A stretch of DNA of 59,816 nucleotides, filler included, from Sphacelaria rigidula (lineage: Eukaryota), in NCBI GenBank assembly GCA_964200075.2. It is 9 parts of 9 records of this genome, joined end to end, with 100 filler letters (N's around TTAATTAATTAA, not from the genome) between each part and the next. Parts side by side here need not be neighbours in the genome. Positions count along the whole stretch, not along the records: positions 13,317 to 19,874 come from CAXNAA020019355.1; positions 19,975 to 26,531 come from CAXNAA020019356.1; 7 more parts are not named here. One strand, written 5' to 3'. Below are positions 13,560 to 26,631 of this stretch, in pieces. The translations under genes were made by a program, and so were the position numbers. Positions within the stretch are counted from its first letter, which is position 1. Every line of letters begins with the position of its first letter. The notes under the pieces are model-generated. The model had not been told where the DNA came from. It saw nothing but the letters and a program-made list of their open reading frames with translations, and did no database searches.

Positions 13560-13995
13560 CTTACAGAGTTGACACAACTGTTGGGTACCGAGATGCAACT
13601 CTCCCAGGACTTATCGGGTATGGTATGGGAGGCTCACAGAAAACCGTTACCGGTAATGGGGTAACTCTTCTAGGGCATACCCGCCCCTCGGGTTAGGGTA
13701 AACATTTTGTATAGAACTCACAGAACTGTCGGGTAAGGGTATGGGAGGCCTACAGAACTCACATAAACTGTCGGGTAGGTATGGAGGTTGCACAACAAAC
13801 CGTACCCGCAACCGGGTATCTTCTCAGGAGCATACCCGCGCTCCCCGGTGACGGTACGGGAGGCTTACAGAACTCACAGAACCATCGGGTACCGGTATGG
13901 AAATCTTCCAGAATCTACACAACTGTCGAGTACGGTAAATACCCGGCAAAAAACCCGGGTACACAGAAAACCCTACCCTACAGAACACGACCTTG
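13560..13995 (+). repeat. Array of AGAACTCACAGAACTGTCGGGTA-like motifs, probably a transposon end
   Basis: The motif is repeated many times. A second direct copy with the same ending (CACAGAAAACC.TACCCTA.AGAACAC.ACCTTGG) lies at ~14760-15295. Confidence 0.7.
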
Positions 13996-14077
13996 GTATT
14001 ATCATCACCCCTGTGGTGGGACCCACGTCACTACAAAACTGGCGAAATACAGATGACAGTTCACGAAAACTCTGAAC

Positions 14078-14217
14078 GGCCTCACGGGATTAATGAAGAA
14101 AGACTACACGAACAATTGTAAATTTGTTAGTACATGTGCACTGGATCGTCGGCCTCGCGGGATTAATGAAGAAAGACTACACGAACAATTGTAGTAGTAC
14201 ATGTGCACTGGATCGTC
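14078..14217. repeat. 73-bp tandem duplication
   Basis: GGCCTC.CGGGATTAATGAAGAAAGACTACACGAACAATTGTA...GGATCGTC occurs twice. Confidence 0.9.
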
Positions 14218-14759
14218 AACATCTATCGTCTTCACGGACACTCCTAGAGAGCACATGAAGGAGCATTCACGGCTGCCCGTTCTCTGAAAGCCCTTCGGCA
14301 CGCGACAAAATCGCCGACGCCCTTGACGACTTTCGGTGGCAGCTCATGGTCTGTGATGTACATGTCGATAACAGCCTCAGGTTTGATGACCACGACATAA
14401 TCACCATCAACGTCACCATCAACGTCGATGATGTGCGTCTCGCTACTTGATCCCCTGATGTCGCAGATGAGTCGCCCCCGCTCGAGCCACCACTCGAGTG
14501 TGGGGGTGATCTATCCTGACGGTCTGCAGTGCTGCTCATGTTTCGTGTTTCCACTCAGTGATACCTCGTATTCCGTCAGATCCCAAATTAGAGAACATCT
14601 CGACATTGAAGTATTGTCGGTGTGCAGTTTTGAACGAAATAGTTGAGTGGGTTGATCGATGGGAGGACATGTTGAGGCCACGAGGTTGTGTTTGGATTGA
14701 ACCTATATCCGTACCTCCCCATGGTATATACCTGTGCTCATACCTGCAATCGGGTATAT

Positions 14760-15295
14760 CTATAGCGGTGTACCCTGACCCCGGTTAGGGGTATGGGAGA
14801 CTTACAGAGCTCACAGAACTGTCGGGTACTGGTACTGGATGAAAGTCCTACATAAATTACAGGACTTGTCGGGTACGGTATGGGAAGGTTACAGAAAACC
14901 GGTACCAGCAATCGGAGATTCCTTCAAGAGCATACCCGCGCTCTGGGTACGGGTGAAAAGTGTGTACAGAACTCACAGAACTGTCGGGTAAGTGAATGCG
15001 AGGCTTACATAACTCACAGGAACTGTCGGATAGGGTATGGAGGTTGCTCAGAAAACCGTACCCGCAATCAGGTATCTGATCAAGAGCGTACCCGTGCCCC
15101 CCGATAACGACACGAAAGTCTCACAGATATTACAAAACTATTGGGTGAGGGTATGACAGTCTTACAGAGACTACAGAACTTTCGGGTACCGGTATGAAAG
15201 TATTACAGAAGTCGCAGAACTGTCGGGTACGGTAAATACCCGGCGAAATACCCCGGGTACACAGAAAACCATACCCTATAGAACACAACCTTGGT
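14760..15295 (+). repeat. Second copy of the AGAACTGTCGGGTA array element
   Basis: Colinear with 13560-13995. Confidence 0.7.
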
Positions 15296-15300
15296 GGTTC

Positions 15301-15676
15301 GTGTATGTTGTGTGTGTGTTGTCATTCCATCTACTCTGGACGCGCGTCTACACCTTACGGTATATGTGGGCACATCAGCCGGGGTCACACAGGAGTGATG
15401 TCAACACAGGATTTTTTTTTCCTTCTTGTTCGTTTTAGTACTCCACTTCCCTTCTGCGGTGCTTACCTTATTTTTTATCGCGAGAGGGGTTCAGCACCCC
15501 TTTTCCCTCGTCGACCGCGAAGTCGAATTATGTGTACCCGCGACATTGTCGCCTTCCCATGTTGGGCATTATCTGACAAAAAAAATCCCAGATCGTGTGA
15601 CTGCACCGAGATTCGATTCCTCGGCCCAACCGCCATAGGGTTTTGAGGTTACTCACTGAGCAACCGGGGCGATCGG
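15301..15676 (-). mobile_element. tRNA-derived SINE, full length
   Basis: Same head, body and (CA) tail as the other copies. Confidence 0.8.
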
Positions 15677-17259
15677 CTCAGTGTAGTGAGGCAAAGAAAG
15701 AAGAGGGAGATAAATCGAGTCACATTGGTCATTTAGGCACATGAGGCCTGAGTCGGACCCGTGCGAGTCGTTCTGCAGGAGAAAACAAGGCCGACTCGAG
15801 TGCAAAATTTTAACGGCACCCGGGTGGGGGAAATAAGAATCCACCCTGTACCTTTTATGCGTCTTGCACTAGAGTTTTCGCTTGATACAGGTACAAACGA
15901 CAGTAGTGGCAACGTGGTGCAGATGGTTGATACATCGGATATGTGGAATGTCAGACAGTTGTAGTGGCATTTGAACCTTCGACCGACCTTCAAGCCGTCT
16001 CTGTCTGTGCATCGCTCGTGTCGGCAGCGAGAGTAGCGCTCGTTCTCCTGCACCGAGTGCATTCACCGCACCATCGATAGCGTACATGAGTATCTGATCT
16101 AACTTGGCGGCAACTATGGGCAAACGGGAGGAGAAATATAAGCCATCTAGGAAGCTGGCGCGTCGGAAAGAGTACAAGAAAAAAACCCGACCGGTACCCT
16201 GAACGCAATGGCCGCATACTCCAGCAGGTGGCACGAATGGGACGTACGGAAGCACGCAAGAATCGCCGCGACCTCGCAGCAGCGGAGCGAACAAACTATA
16301 ACCCTAGCCCTAACCCTAACCCCAGCGAAGGCATACCGAGAACCTTTGGGCAAGGGGTGTGCAAAGTGTTCCCTAGGCATAGTGTGCGTTCCCAGACCTC
16401 AAATCGGCGCCCCAGGGTACACGCTGGGAGCACCGTGCAGGTGAACATAGCCGCATGCACCGAGCTGATGCTCGGCGGGCAGGGTAAGCAGCGGGAAAGT
16501 ATGACACCGCATGCCACCGTGGCAACGCTACCGCACAGAGCGCCCCCCCGGCTTCGCACGGAGCTGCATATGACCGTCTGTGCTGCGTGCTTTTTGCAAT
16601 ATTCCCGCCTGCACTTATACCGCAGTAGAGACGAATAGTGTACACAACGAATTTCTCATTGTTGTACTGAACTACATATAGCCAAGACGCGTACTGTGTT
16701 GGGAATGGGTCCGCCTGCACCTCTACAATACGGTATTAATACTATGACAGTGTACGTACACCGTCTGTTCTGTCTGAGACTGTCTGTGTGCTGTAGGGTT
16801 TTTGTAGTGACCACTATCTGTGTTCCCTATCCCACGAAGCAGTCGAGTGCTGCACGGCACTACCACCATACTGTGGACTGTTGAGCTGTATACGACTGAA
16901 AGGTACTGGGTGGATCCTTATTTCCCCCCACCTGGGGGCCATTGGAATTTTCGGACTCGAGTCGTAAAAGTCATTTCCGAAAAATGAGATTGCGTTTGAC
17001 TGGGCACTGTCATTTTTTTATTTTCCTCCCGCCAACGTGCACACACGAGATGAGTGTGACGTGCTCAAAGCTACTGCCAGAGAGGCGTCTTACCAAGACT
17101 CGAAAAAAAAGAAGCGGGAAAGAGAGCGAGGTTCGAAAAATAGGATGTCGATTAATCCCCGGGCGGGTCTATGGTTGCAGCGACCAAATCAACATGCTGC
17201 TTTTGGATGGTTGTTCCTTTTCACGCTTCTTTCTTTGGTGTCGATAAGGGCGTGTCTTA

Positions 17260-19155
17260 GGCCGCTTCTTACAGCAAAAAAAAAATCAAGTCCTCTCAAA
17301 AAGCTTTGTTGGTCCCTCTTCGTCGTTTCCCTAAAAAAATATCTAGGCGGAGTTTGATACCCTGGGATGACTTGCTCTACTCGTTTAAGCGGTTCCAGGA
17401 CACCCTCGCGTTTTCCGGTGACGGCACTTTTTGATTTTGGCCAGACTTGATTTTTTGTCCAAGAACGGTCGAGAACGGCCAAATACAAGAAAAAAAAGTC
17501 ATTTTTCTCTGGACTTGAACGTCTTCGGACAAGACTGCTTGTTTGACATAAAAGAACTACGGTCACCGGAAAACGCGAAGATGTCCTGGAACCGCTTCAT
17601 CGAGTGGGCAAGTCATTACAAGGTGTCGCACTCCGCCTTGCTGTTTTTTTAGGGCTTGGAACGGCGAAGAAGGACCTAAAAAGCTTTTTTACAGGATTGT
17701 TTTGTTCGGTTTCTGTAAGGTGCGGGCGTGTCTTTTCACTTTTCTTTTTCGATCGAAAAATGGGGCGACGGAATCGATTAGAGCGAATTTTTATCGTCTT
17801 GATGCAGTTTGGTCCAAATGGGTTTTGAAGCTTTCGATCGAAAAACGACAGTGAAATACGTGAAACGGTACATGGTTTGTACAGTTTGCATTGCTTGTTG
17901 TAAGCAGAGTATCATGAGTGCGTGTGTGCGTGTTTTGTACAGGAGGATATAAAAGAGAAGCGGGCAAGGTGCAGTGCAGACAGCCCAGGACTATCAGTTA
18001 TCTGTGCTTACAATACGACTTCAGCAACGTGCAGCTTTGTACTTACTGCCCCTACACTGTCCATGAGCATGCACGCAACTCGGTTGCCCACGGTACCACG
18101 CAGTTCCGTCGCTGATCCTTATCATGAATTAAGATGCGCAAGTTTTCGCCAACGAAAATAAACAAAGCACACCCAACTACTGCAGTGTATCTATCCCTGG
18201 GCTCAACTCGTGCTCTACGCTGCAGGGGCTGCGGTGGTAGCTGAGAATGAGTTGGATGGAGTTTGTATGGTGTTGTGAGCAGGTGTTGACCGGCGTGGCC
18301 GTCTGTAAGATTAGAGTCAACTGCCGCTTCGTGACTTTTCGATCGAAAACGATATTTTTCCACCTAGAGTATTTGTTCTCCGCGCGCCGCTAATTATTAT
18401 TTTGAGTTGAACCGTTCTTCGTGGGAACATGATTGCGGTGGACCCATCGGATCGGCACAAAAAAATCGACCGCACGTTTTTGATTTGAAAAACTTGCCAA
18501 GACACGCCCTTGGCACATTTTGTTTTTCGATCAAAAATGTGCGGTAGAGAGGGGAAGCTGTGATCTGACTGATGGTGATTTCAACCGTCTTGGTTTATTT
18601 TGAAGATGGTCGAACACACGACCTACAGTATTAAATCGGAATATTTGTTCTTCTCCGCACTATTTCGGTTGGAAACTGATGTGCGAAGATACGGCCCAAA
18701 ACACGGCCTTATCCGGTCCCCAAGAGTATCCAGGCTGTTCGACACCATTCCCACCATAGGCAGACAACGCATCTATCTTCCCTTTGTAGGCGTACCCCCA
18801 AAACTTGGAAAGAACAGTTGTTTCCCGGTGTATTCTTTTGACTGCGGGACTTTCCCTGAAATGGCCATCCCAGTGTTTTGCATTCGGGTTGAAAGCACAC
18901 AACGCCCACGCGATGTTACCCTTCCCTCGACAACTCGAAGAGTTTCGGGACGACTGGAGAAATCGGGAATACAGCCAAAAGTAATACTGGGCGCACGAAA
19001 AATCGGAAAAGGGTGCTAGAACCCTCTTGGGAGGCATAGCGACTCTTCCCGAGGACGCCCAATCCGCCAAAGCCCGTATTTCGTATAAAAATCGCGTTCA
19101 AAGGCTCAAAAAAGGCACTCTCAAAGAGTCCGTTTTCAGATTGTAAGAAGCGGCC
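17260..19155. mobile_element. Non-autonomous PIF/Harbinger-like DNA transposon
   Basis: Perfect 14-bp TIRs GGCCGCTTCTTACA / TGTAAGAAGCGGCC, each flanked by TTA, the PIF/Harbinger TSD. No transposase seen. Confidence 0.7.
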
Positions 19156-19254
19156 TTACAGTACATTTTTTTACTTCGAGGCTTGGCTCGTACCCTCCAG
19201 TACTGGATACTAGACCAGTGCACATGGCATTACTACCTGGTACTTCCGGTGTGG

Positions 19255-19570
19255 TGGTAGTGGGAAGAAGAGCAGTCACTATTACTGCCAGTACTTTCCT
19301 ATTCCCGTACGTCCCACTATAACGCCTGGTTATTAACGGAAACCCATCGATATGTGCCTCTTGTGAGGGCCGAATCGCATGGCAGTATGCTGGTACTAGA
19401 CAAAAGAGCAGCCATTACCAATGCCAGTACTTTCCTGTTCATATACGTCCCACTGTAACGCCTCAGTATTCAACAGCAACCCACCCATATGTGCCGCAAG
19501 TGAAGCTGAATCGCATGGCAGTATGCTGGTACTGGGAAAAGGAGCAACTACTGCTACTGCCAGTACTTTC
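19255..19570. repeat. ~136-bp tandem repeat, ~2.3 copies
   Basis: GCCAGTACTTTC recurs at about 19287, 19423 and 19559 with colinear intervening sequence. Confidence 0.8.
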
Positions 19571-19874
19571 AACGGCAGTGTTTTCGTGAGATTGAGAGTG
19601 AAAAGCGGTCAATTAGATAATAAATCGTTTCAGTTCCGAAATGCCCCTTCCACGAGACCCGATATGCTTTCTGTTGTAACCGGCCACTGGAGCCCTTGAT
19701 ATCCCTGAGTAGGATATCGACGTGTAGCTGTAAGCACACGCGAGTGATGCAGGCGAAGAAAAGCACGCATCGAATGAAAAATCGGCCAAGTTAACACGAA
19801 TGATAGAACCCACTCTCATCTCAATTATCATATATATATATATATATATATTTTTTTTTTTGTACGTTCTTCCT

Positions 19875-19974
19875 NNNNNNNNNNNNNNNNNNNNNNNNNN
19901 NNNNNNNNNNNNNNNNNNTTAATTAATTAANNNNNNNNNNNNNNNNNNNNNNNNNNNNNNNNNNNNNNNNNNNN
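19875..19974. other. Artificial contig linker
   Basis: N44-TTAATTAATTAA-N44. Confidence 0.99.
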
Positions 19975-20042
19975 CCCCGCCCCCTCCCCCCCCGCCCCCC
20001 CCTCCCCCACGCCCCAAACCCCGAATATGCCCCCGACACTCT

Positions 20043-20073
<31 letters not shown>

Positions 20074-20462
20074 CTGAGTCCCAGCCCCAGCCCCAGCCCC
20101 AGCCCCCACCTCGGGACAAGTCTACAGTCTCGAGGTATCAAAACCGTCTCTCCCGATGATTTTCCTAACAACGCACACTATTGAGCGTTGGATCATGACC
20201 ATCAATCTGCACTACCGCAGCCCGTCAACTTTGACCTGTCATCGAAAATTACCAATATTGCTGGTATTCACGTTGGAGCGTTTTTAACTAGAGAACTGAG
20301 TTTCTGGAGTATACATTATGTCTGGGAACTGGAACCCACGAAGCCCGTCCAAGTTGGCCATGGCAGGACCAGGTTGACCTCCGGGACGCGACGACATGAT
20401 CTTATCTGACGACATTTCTAAATCGCACCATCTGTTTACTCGTTATTACCGGGTGGGAGCAG

Positions 20463-20576
20463 GAAGATCTGGGAGGGGACGAGAAAGGCGGAGGGTCTAC
20501 GGTTCCACAGGCGGGTTACCTTGAAGTCAAAGACACGACCGGACACGCCGAGATGGCGGCGGTGTCGGCAGAAGAG
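20463..20576 (+). CDS. Probable upstream exon of the ankyrin-repeat gene (EDLGGDEKGG...AAVSAEE)
   Basis: CAG acceptor, 114-nt phase-0 open frame and a GAG|GTACAG donor like that of the next exon. Confidence 0.5.
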
Positions 20577-20974
20577 GTACAGTACCCGAGAAATGGAACA
20601 TGACGTATCAGGCAAACCCGGTAATGTCCAACTACTACCCGCGGGCTGCCCTGAACCACCCGGCAGCCTCGACAAGGCAATGCTGTGGTCCTGTTATGTC
20701 CCCCATGTCCTCCTCGGTTTCACTGGCCGGCGTACGTTTATTACCATCACTCGTTGAAAAACTCTTGGTGGGGAGTCTACGTTCTTGTTGTTCTTGTTGT
20801 TCTTGTTGTCGTTGTTCCCACATTAACGTGTTCCCGGATATCTAGCACCCGCGGTCACAAAGCCGTGGCACGAAAAGACAGAATACAAGCGAACGTCGTT
20901 GACTTGGTCTTGATGTTCGAATGTTCCTGCAGTTCTAGATCAAGAAACTCTTCACGGTCATTTTTTGGGGGGGG

Positions 20975-21018
20975 CGTACTCATTTGTTGCTTGCCTTAGT
21001 CATTTGACCATTGACCAC
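20975..21018 (-). mobile_element. 44-bp 5'-truncated family A retroposon with a T/G-run target duplication
   Basis: Flanked by T6G8 on the left and T9G10 on the right. Confidence 0.75.
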
Positions 21019-21136
21019 TTTTTTTTTGGGGGGGGGGCAGTACGAGTGCTCTTGCCGTAAAACCCCCAAACGCTCCGTGGCCAATGGCTTACAAATGTTG
21101 CTGCCATAAAGATCTGAAAAGCTTTTCAATCGCTCG

Positions 21137-21258
21137 ATTTGTATGTTCGAATGCTCATTCCGTGGCTAAAGATCACTTGATCTATATGTTCGAATGCTCA
21201 TTCCGTGACTAAAAATGGCTTGATTTATATGTTCGCGTGCTCATTCCGTGACCAAAGA
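21137..21258. repeat. ~43-bp minisatellite, 3 copies
   Basis: TATGTTCG..TGCTCATTCCGTG occurs three times. Confidence 0.8.
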
Positions 21259-21612
21259 TGCCGGAATCTTCCTCGTCGGATACTATTCATTGCAGTGAAA
21301 TCCCAAACATCTGCGCCACCAATAACTCCCTTTTCATGTACAACTACTTTTGCCGCCAAGACCCTCCAACTCCTCTCCGTCAGTGCCGTTTTGAATGTAT
21401 ACATGCTCCTGTCACAACTGAAGATCTGAGCGTGTTCGCAGAGCCAGAAGATTGTTACACGAAGATCAAATCAGGCCGCCCGCTGCGCCGGATCACCGAG
21501 GCAATTATTATGACGCGTGTTTTGGGTAGGGTATAACCTGCGATATTTTATAGTACATTGTGCCTTTTTTTTTTGTCTCTTGTACTTATGACGAAAACAA
21601 CGTATACTTCAG

Positions 21613-21696
21613 GCGAAGATGGCGAGTGACTTCGAGAACATCACCAGCTGGGCGCGACACGGACGCTATGCAGACGTAGAGACGGCAATGAACCAG
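21613..21696 (+). CDS. Ankyrin-repeat protein, internal exon (AKMASDFENITSWARHGRYADVETAMNQ)
   Basis: TTCAG acceptor and CAG|GTACAG donor, 84 nt in phase 0. ARHG is an ankyrin helix motif and the exon joins in frame to 23717. Confidence 0.8.
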
Positions 21697-21790
21697 GTAC
21701 AGTACTGCAGTGGCTGACGCTACGTTCAGGTAGTGTAGTACCCCATACTTGTTCAAAGTTCCATCCCTGCACCTTCCAGACCCCTATTTT

Positions 21791-22163
21791 GTGTGCGTGT
21801 GTTGGGTGTGTGTTGTCGTCCCATCTAGTCTGGACGCTGGTCTACACCTTCCGGTATATGTGGGCGTATCAGCCGGGGTCGCACAGGAGGAAGGTCAACA
21901 CAAGAGCTTTTTCGTTTTCATTTGTTAATGGTACCCCGCCTTCCTTCTGTGTTGCTTGCCTTTATTTTTTATCGCGAGAGGGGTTCAGCAGTCCCTTTTC
22001 CTCGTCGACCATGAAGTCGAATTTTGTGTACCTACGACATAGTCGCTCTGCACTGTTGGGCATGGTGGTGTGAGAAAAAATCCCAGATCGCTCCAAGATA
22101 TGAACCCACGACCCAACCGTCAGAAGATTTCGCGGTTACCAACTGAGCCACCGGGGCGATCGG
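21791..22163 (-). mobile_element. tRNA-derived SINE in an ankyrin-gene intron
   Basis: A box TGGCTCAGTTGG on the minus strand, shared body and tail. Confidence 0.8.
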
Positions 22164-23716
22164 TACCACAATATTTTGAACTTTTTTTTCGTGGGAGATA
22201 ACGTCTACATACATAAAACAGGCTATTACCACGCACATACCGCGCGTCATTGATATTATTGCACAAGCCACAACGAGCAAAAGCAGCACATTGCTCTCTT
22301 TTTTTGTTTTCACCTCCAAAAAGAATCGAATGTCTCAATCATTCCCTAGTTGCTGCCGAGAACGAGAATCTTGGAAGGAGGGACGGAGTCCATCCGTCTT
22401 ATTGTTTTTTTGCTCGCTTGATGTGTCCATCCACTTTACAAACGATGGAAATATTTCGAAGCAATTCCGAGTTCTCAATCTGTTGTCTCTTCTTGTTGGA
22501 GTATTTTGAAGTGCCCCTTCTGAGTACATCCAAACAGCACATACAGTAGGGCTCTAATAAGGGTGATCACACCAACTGCACACGTGGTCACATATGCAGC
22601 AAGAGTTTTGCCCGCATCATACATAGACTGGAGGAAACATGGAAACGAAGGTGCGCCCTCTTCTCTCAGCTCCACCATGGCGCAAGACTGTCGCGTGCTT
22701 ATTCGCCGAAGATTGCTCTGAGTTTCGGACAAGTCGTGCTATTATAAACGTTCATACTCACTCATGGTTTCTCTAGGTCCACAAAGCCATCCTCCAAACA
22801 CTCGGGAGACGATCAGCGGACGAAACTCGCGACCCAAAGTATACCCTATACAACAAGACAGCATGTATGCTCGTAAGATTAGGAACGGATTTTTCATTCC
22901 AGACGGTCATCAGGAGGTTTTCGTTATTGTGTTACACAGAGACGGTCGAATCGTTGGGAGCGACCGTCACACCCCTGAAAACCCGGGATATGACGAGGAT
23001 TTTGGCGCAATCAGATTTGAGATCGGTGACGCCTTTCATGAGATACGGCCGGAAATGTGCAAAACTTTTTGTTACTTTTTTTGGATACATTGTTCCTCAT
23101 AACTCTGCACTGTCCACGTCGATTTTTAAAATCTCAATTTCACCAAAAATCCCGTCAGATCACGGGTTATCAGGGGCGTGACGGCCGTTTCGGACAATTC
23201 GACCGTCTTGGTGTATGTAGTTCACGAAAAACCTCCAGCTCCGAATAAAAAATCAGTCCCTGATCTCACGTACATGTTGCTATGGGTGGTCAAAGGGGTG
23301 GTTAAAGGGGTTATCAGCATCCAAATAAATAAGAACGACTCTAATGGATCACATACGTCCGACTCCGATCATGCATAACTAGCAACTAACTGGGTAAGAC
23401 TACCTGCGCAGTAATGGTATCGGTCGGTCGGTGTACTGGCCGTAGGTACCAAAGTAGGAATCGGTGGGCAACTGAAGGATAGAAATTGCAATCAACCATC
23501 CATCCACTGTTCTTTCACAGAACAACCCCACCGCATGATCACACGTTGACCAAACGGGGTGTATTTATTCATCGCATTACTCATCCCATGATCGCGCGAG
23601 CGAAGCACCCCGTCCTTGAGCGGCTCTCGAGCGGAGCGGAGTCGACCTCAACTCCGCTCCTTGTTGTTTTCGGCACTAACTATTACTGCGCATACTGCGC
23701 ACATACTGTATTATAG

Positions 23717-23860
23717 GTGGATTGGACCATGCCGATAGACTACCAGAACGAGCTGGGCGTCACGGTCCTGCACATCGCGGCTCAGAATGGAAATAAGCGC
23801 ATCGCCAAGCTGTGCCTGAGGAGAGGCGCCGATGTCAACAAACAAAACAATAACGGACAG
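23717..23860 (+). CDS. Ankyrin-repeat protein, internal exon
   Basis: TATAG acceptor and CAG|GTGATT donor. Encodes GVTVLHIAAQNGNKRIAKLCLRRGADVNKQNNNGQ, a canonical ankyrin repeat. Confidence 0.92.
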
Positions 23861-25010
23861 GTGATTGATTGCTTCATTGATCTGGTACGAAAATACGACA
23901 AACAAATGCAGCGATGGCCTAAGAGGAGGGAGGGAAAGAGGAGAAAGATCAATCTGTGACGAAATCACGCCGTCACGTTGGGTATATAGTGATATTATGG
24001 ATGATGACTTGGGATCTGTAGTGATGATATAGATGATGACATGGACACAGGGATGATACCCTGGTGTGGGTTATGGAGCCGCCTGGGTGGCACTCCAGGA
24101 GAATAAAACTGAAACCTGAGGCCAGTGGAACTAGGGAGTCCCTCAACAGCATTGGACGCTGCAGTACTAGCAACCTGCTGGCGTCACAAATCATATTAAT
24201 CACTTGCGTTTTCGAAAAAGCTTTAGACATCACGGTTCAGCGAAAAATGAAACTAAATAAACCCCGATGTCACACACAAGAAATGGGGAAAATGTGCATG
24301 CATTTATCGAGGTGATCCTGCGATGTGGAGGACGTCGAAAACAAACGCCTCCTTCACACTTGAAATATGTGGTCGAGAGGAAGGTGCGTGCGTTGGTTTT
24401 GACCACTTTGACCAAGCCCTTGTGTTTTGTTTCTTTACAGCAATCGGAGGTTTGAGTTGATGTGACCTCCAACTCGATATTGAGGGGTCTTCACACACTT
24501 CAATGGAGGCGGTATGCTCTAGTGCGAGCAAAATATGACCGCCTCCCAGATCGGGCTTAGCCTTGAAGTGAATCGAGCACTTCCTACCGAAAATTAAGAA
24601 AAGTAGTTATAGTGCGAGCCGATTCATACCGCCTTCAAAGTGGGACCCAGCCTCCAAGTGGGAACAGCTCTGTAGATAGCTTGACCCCGTGCAACCTCAG
24701 CGCTACCTTCAACAGTTCTCGCAGCAGCAACGGTAAAATAAGTCACGTCCCGCAGTCAACCCTCATGGGCTCAAATTGAGTTGTTGTGGGTTCTCTTCTG
24801 AAACACAGTCGATAACTACTCGATTTGGAGGAGGCATTTACGGGGTTTTGAGGCGTGCGCAGGCGACCGTGGGTTTGGATTTTTGCCCAGCACACAACAA
24901 CTATTCTTCTCTCGGGGGATCTCATCGCGACAATGCCCTTCTGCCGTTGTACCTCTTGTACCTGTCTCGATGCTCTATTTCTCTGTAAACTGGATGATGA
25001 CTCTGCGCAG

Positions 25011-25154
25011 ACCGCTCTGCACTACGCCTACAGCTACGGATTCGAGAGCTTTGGCGAGTACCTCATTTCGAAAGGGGCAGACGACAGCATCACGAACGCT
25101 GATGGCCTCACGTGCTACGAAGGGCTCAACCACGATAACCTCGGAAACGTGTGA
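25011..25154 (+). CDS. Ankyrin-repeat protein, terminal exon
   Basis: GCGCAG acceptor. TALHYAYSYGFESFGEYLISKGADDSITNADGLTCYEGL...stop completes the GQ|TALH ankyrin motif across the intron. Confidence 0.92.
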   Translation, partial: TALHYAYSYGFESFGEYLISKGADDSITNADGLTCYEGLNHDNLGNV

Positions 25155-26531
25155 CGTCGAACTCCCGTACAGCCACTAGAAGCATGGGGTCAGCTGATTT
25201 GTATAGTAATATCTTGTTGTGCTGCTGTGTTCGTGTACATTCTTTATCAGGTACGTATAGATGGGCACTATTGTACGACGAGAACGGTTAACTTTTTTTT
25301 AATACTGCTCCCCTTACTAGGTGAAAGTGGAAGACCAAACAGGTCACCCCGGGCTCTCTTCCTCGGCGGTAATAATAATAACAAAAATAATGACGACAAT
25401 AATGGATAACGACGTATTGTTCCGGCTTGTCGATGATGATCATTATGACTATAGTTCTTCGGTCCTACCGTGGTGGCAACACATATCCTTTCATCTGGGG
25501 GCGATTTCATACTGAGAGCTTAACTCGTATTAATTAGAGGTATCTCCAACTCGAAGTTCCCAATACATGTTACTAAAAATATCTGTGAACTATATCGAGA
25601 ACGTCGAGAGTTAGGTACCTCTACTGAGTCAGTTTTCAAGTGAAAGACGGGACACTTTCTTTTCTTTGAAGGCAGGAGGAAACCACACAAGACACTTCCC
25701 CCACAAACGGGTTCGTCTGCCGGTTACGCGGAGGCTCGGCTAACCCCCTCGCGGCACTCATATGAGGTAGGCGCATGGAGCTTTGCTCAAGAAAGTGTAG
25801 GGGTTGAAACCCCTCTTAATAATACCCCCTTGTAAACTTTGCGCCGTGCACGACCCGCCCTATTTTTATGACCTTCGGCCCTAGCAAAGAGCGGGACATC
25901 ATATAGGATGCGATGTAATTTACACATGGCAGAACCTTGGGGACATGTATTACAGCCGAATCCAGGGTCGCGTCGTGTTGAGGTCAGAGGCTTAGCCCTG
26001 AGCAAACCGCGAGAGCAAATTAATTGGTCCCTACAATAACGATGACTTGGTTGTATGAATCCTTGTGTGCAGACCGTCAGATAATATGCTCTCAGTCTTG
26101 AGCGCTTCGCATGGTTTGATTGACGTTGATCTTGTTTTTGTCGTTGCACATTAACTAACTGGTGATCCCCAAGGATCATTATCCAACCTTGCCGTGGTCA
26201 TTAGGCACAACAAGGTAAGCGTACCGCACCCATGGCGAACAAAGCGGATACGCTCGCTAAAAAAAGGGGGGGGAAAGTGCGGAACAAAAACAAGAATATG
26301 AAACAAACAAACGGATAAGGTTGAAAAACAAAGCCGAAACACACGAAATTGAAGAACAAAAACAATCAGCAAGGGAAAGGAAAGGAAAAAAAAACAAAAG
26401 TAAAATCACGAAGAAGAAAATATTGAACGAATCAAACCTAGAAATGACCGACCTCATTCAGTTTTTTATCGAGTCCTGAGTGATGCTACGGTAGGGGTAC
26501 AGAAATAATTTCTGAGGTTAAAATTGTTAGG

Positions 26532-26631
26532 NNNNNNNNNNNNNNNNNNNNNNNNNNNNNNNNNNNNNNNNNNNNTTAATTAATTAANNNNNNNNNNNNN
26601 NNNNNNNNNNNNNNNNNNNNNNNNNNNNNNN
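26532..26631. other. Artificial contig linker
   Basis: N44-TTAATTAATTAA-N44. Confidence 0.99.

Noticed and set aside
13560..15295. CRISPR-like repeat-spacer array
   Set aside because: The repeats are degenerate and irregularly spaced, the spacers resemble each other, there are no cas genes and the context is eukaryotic.
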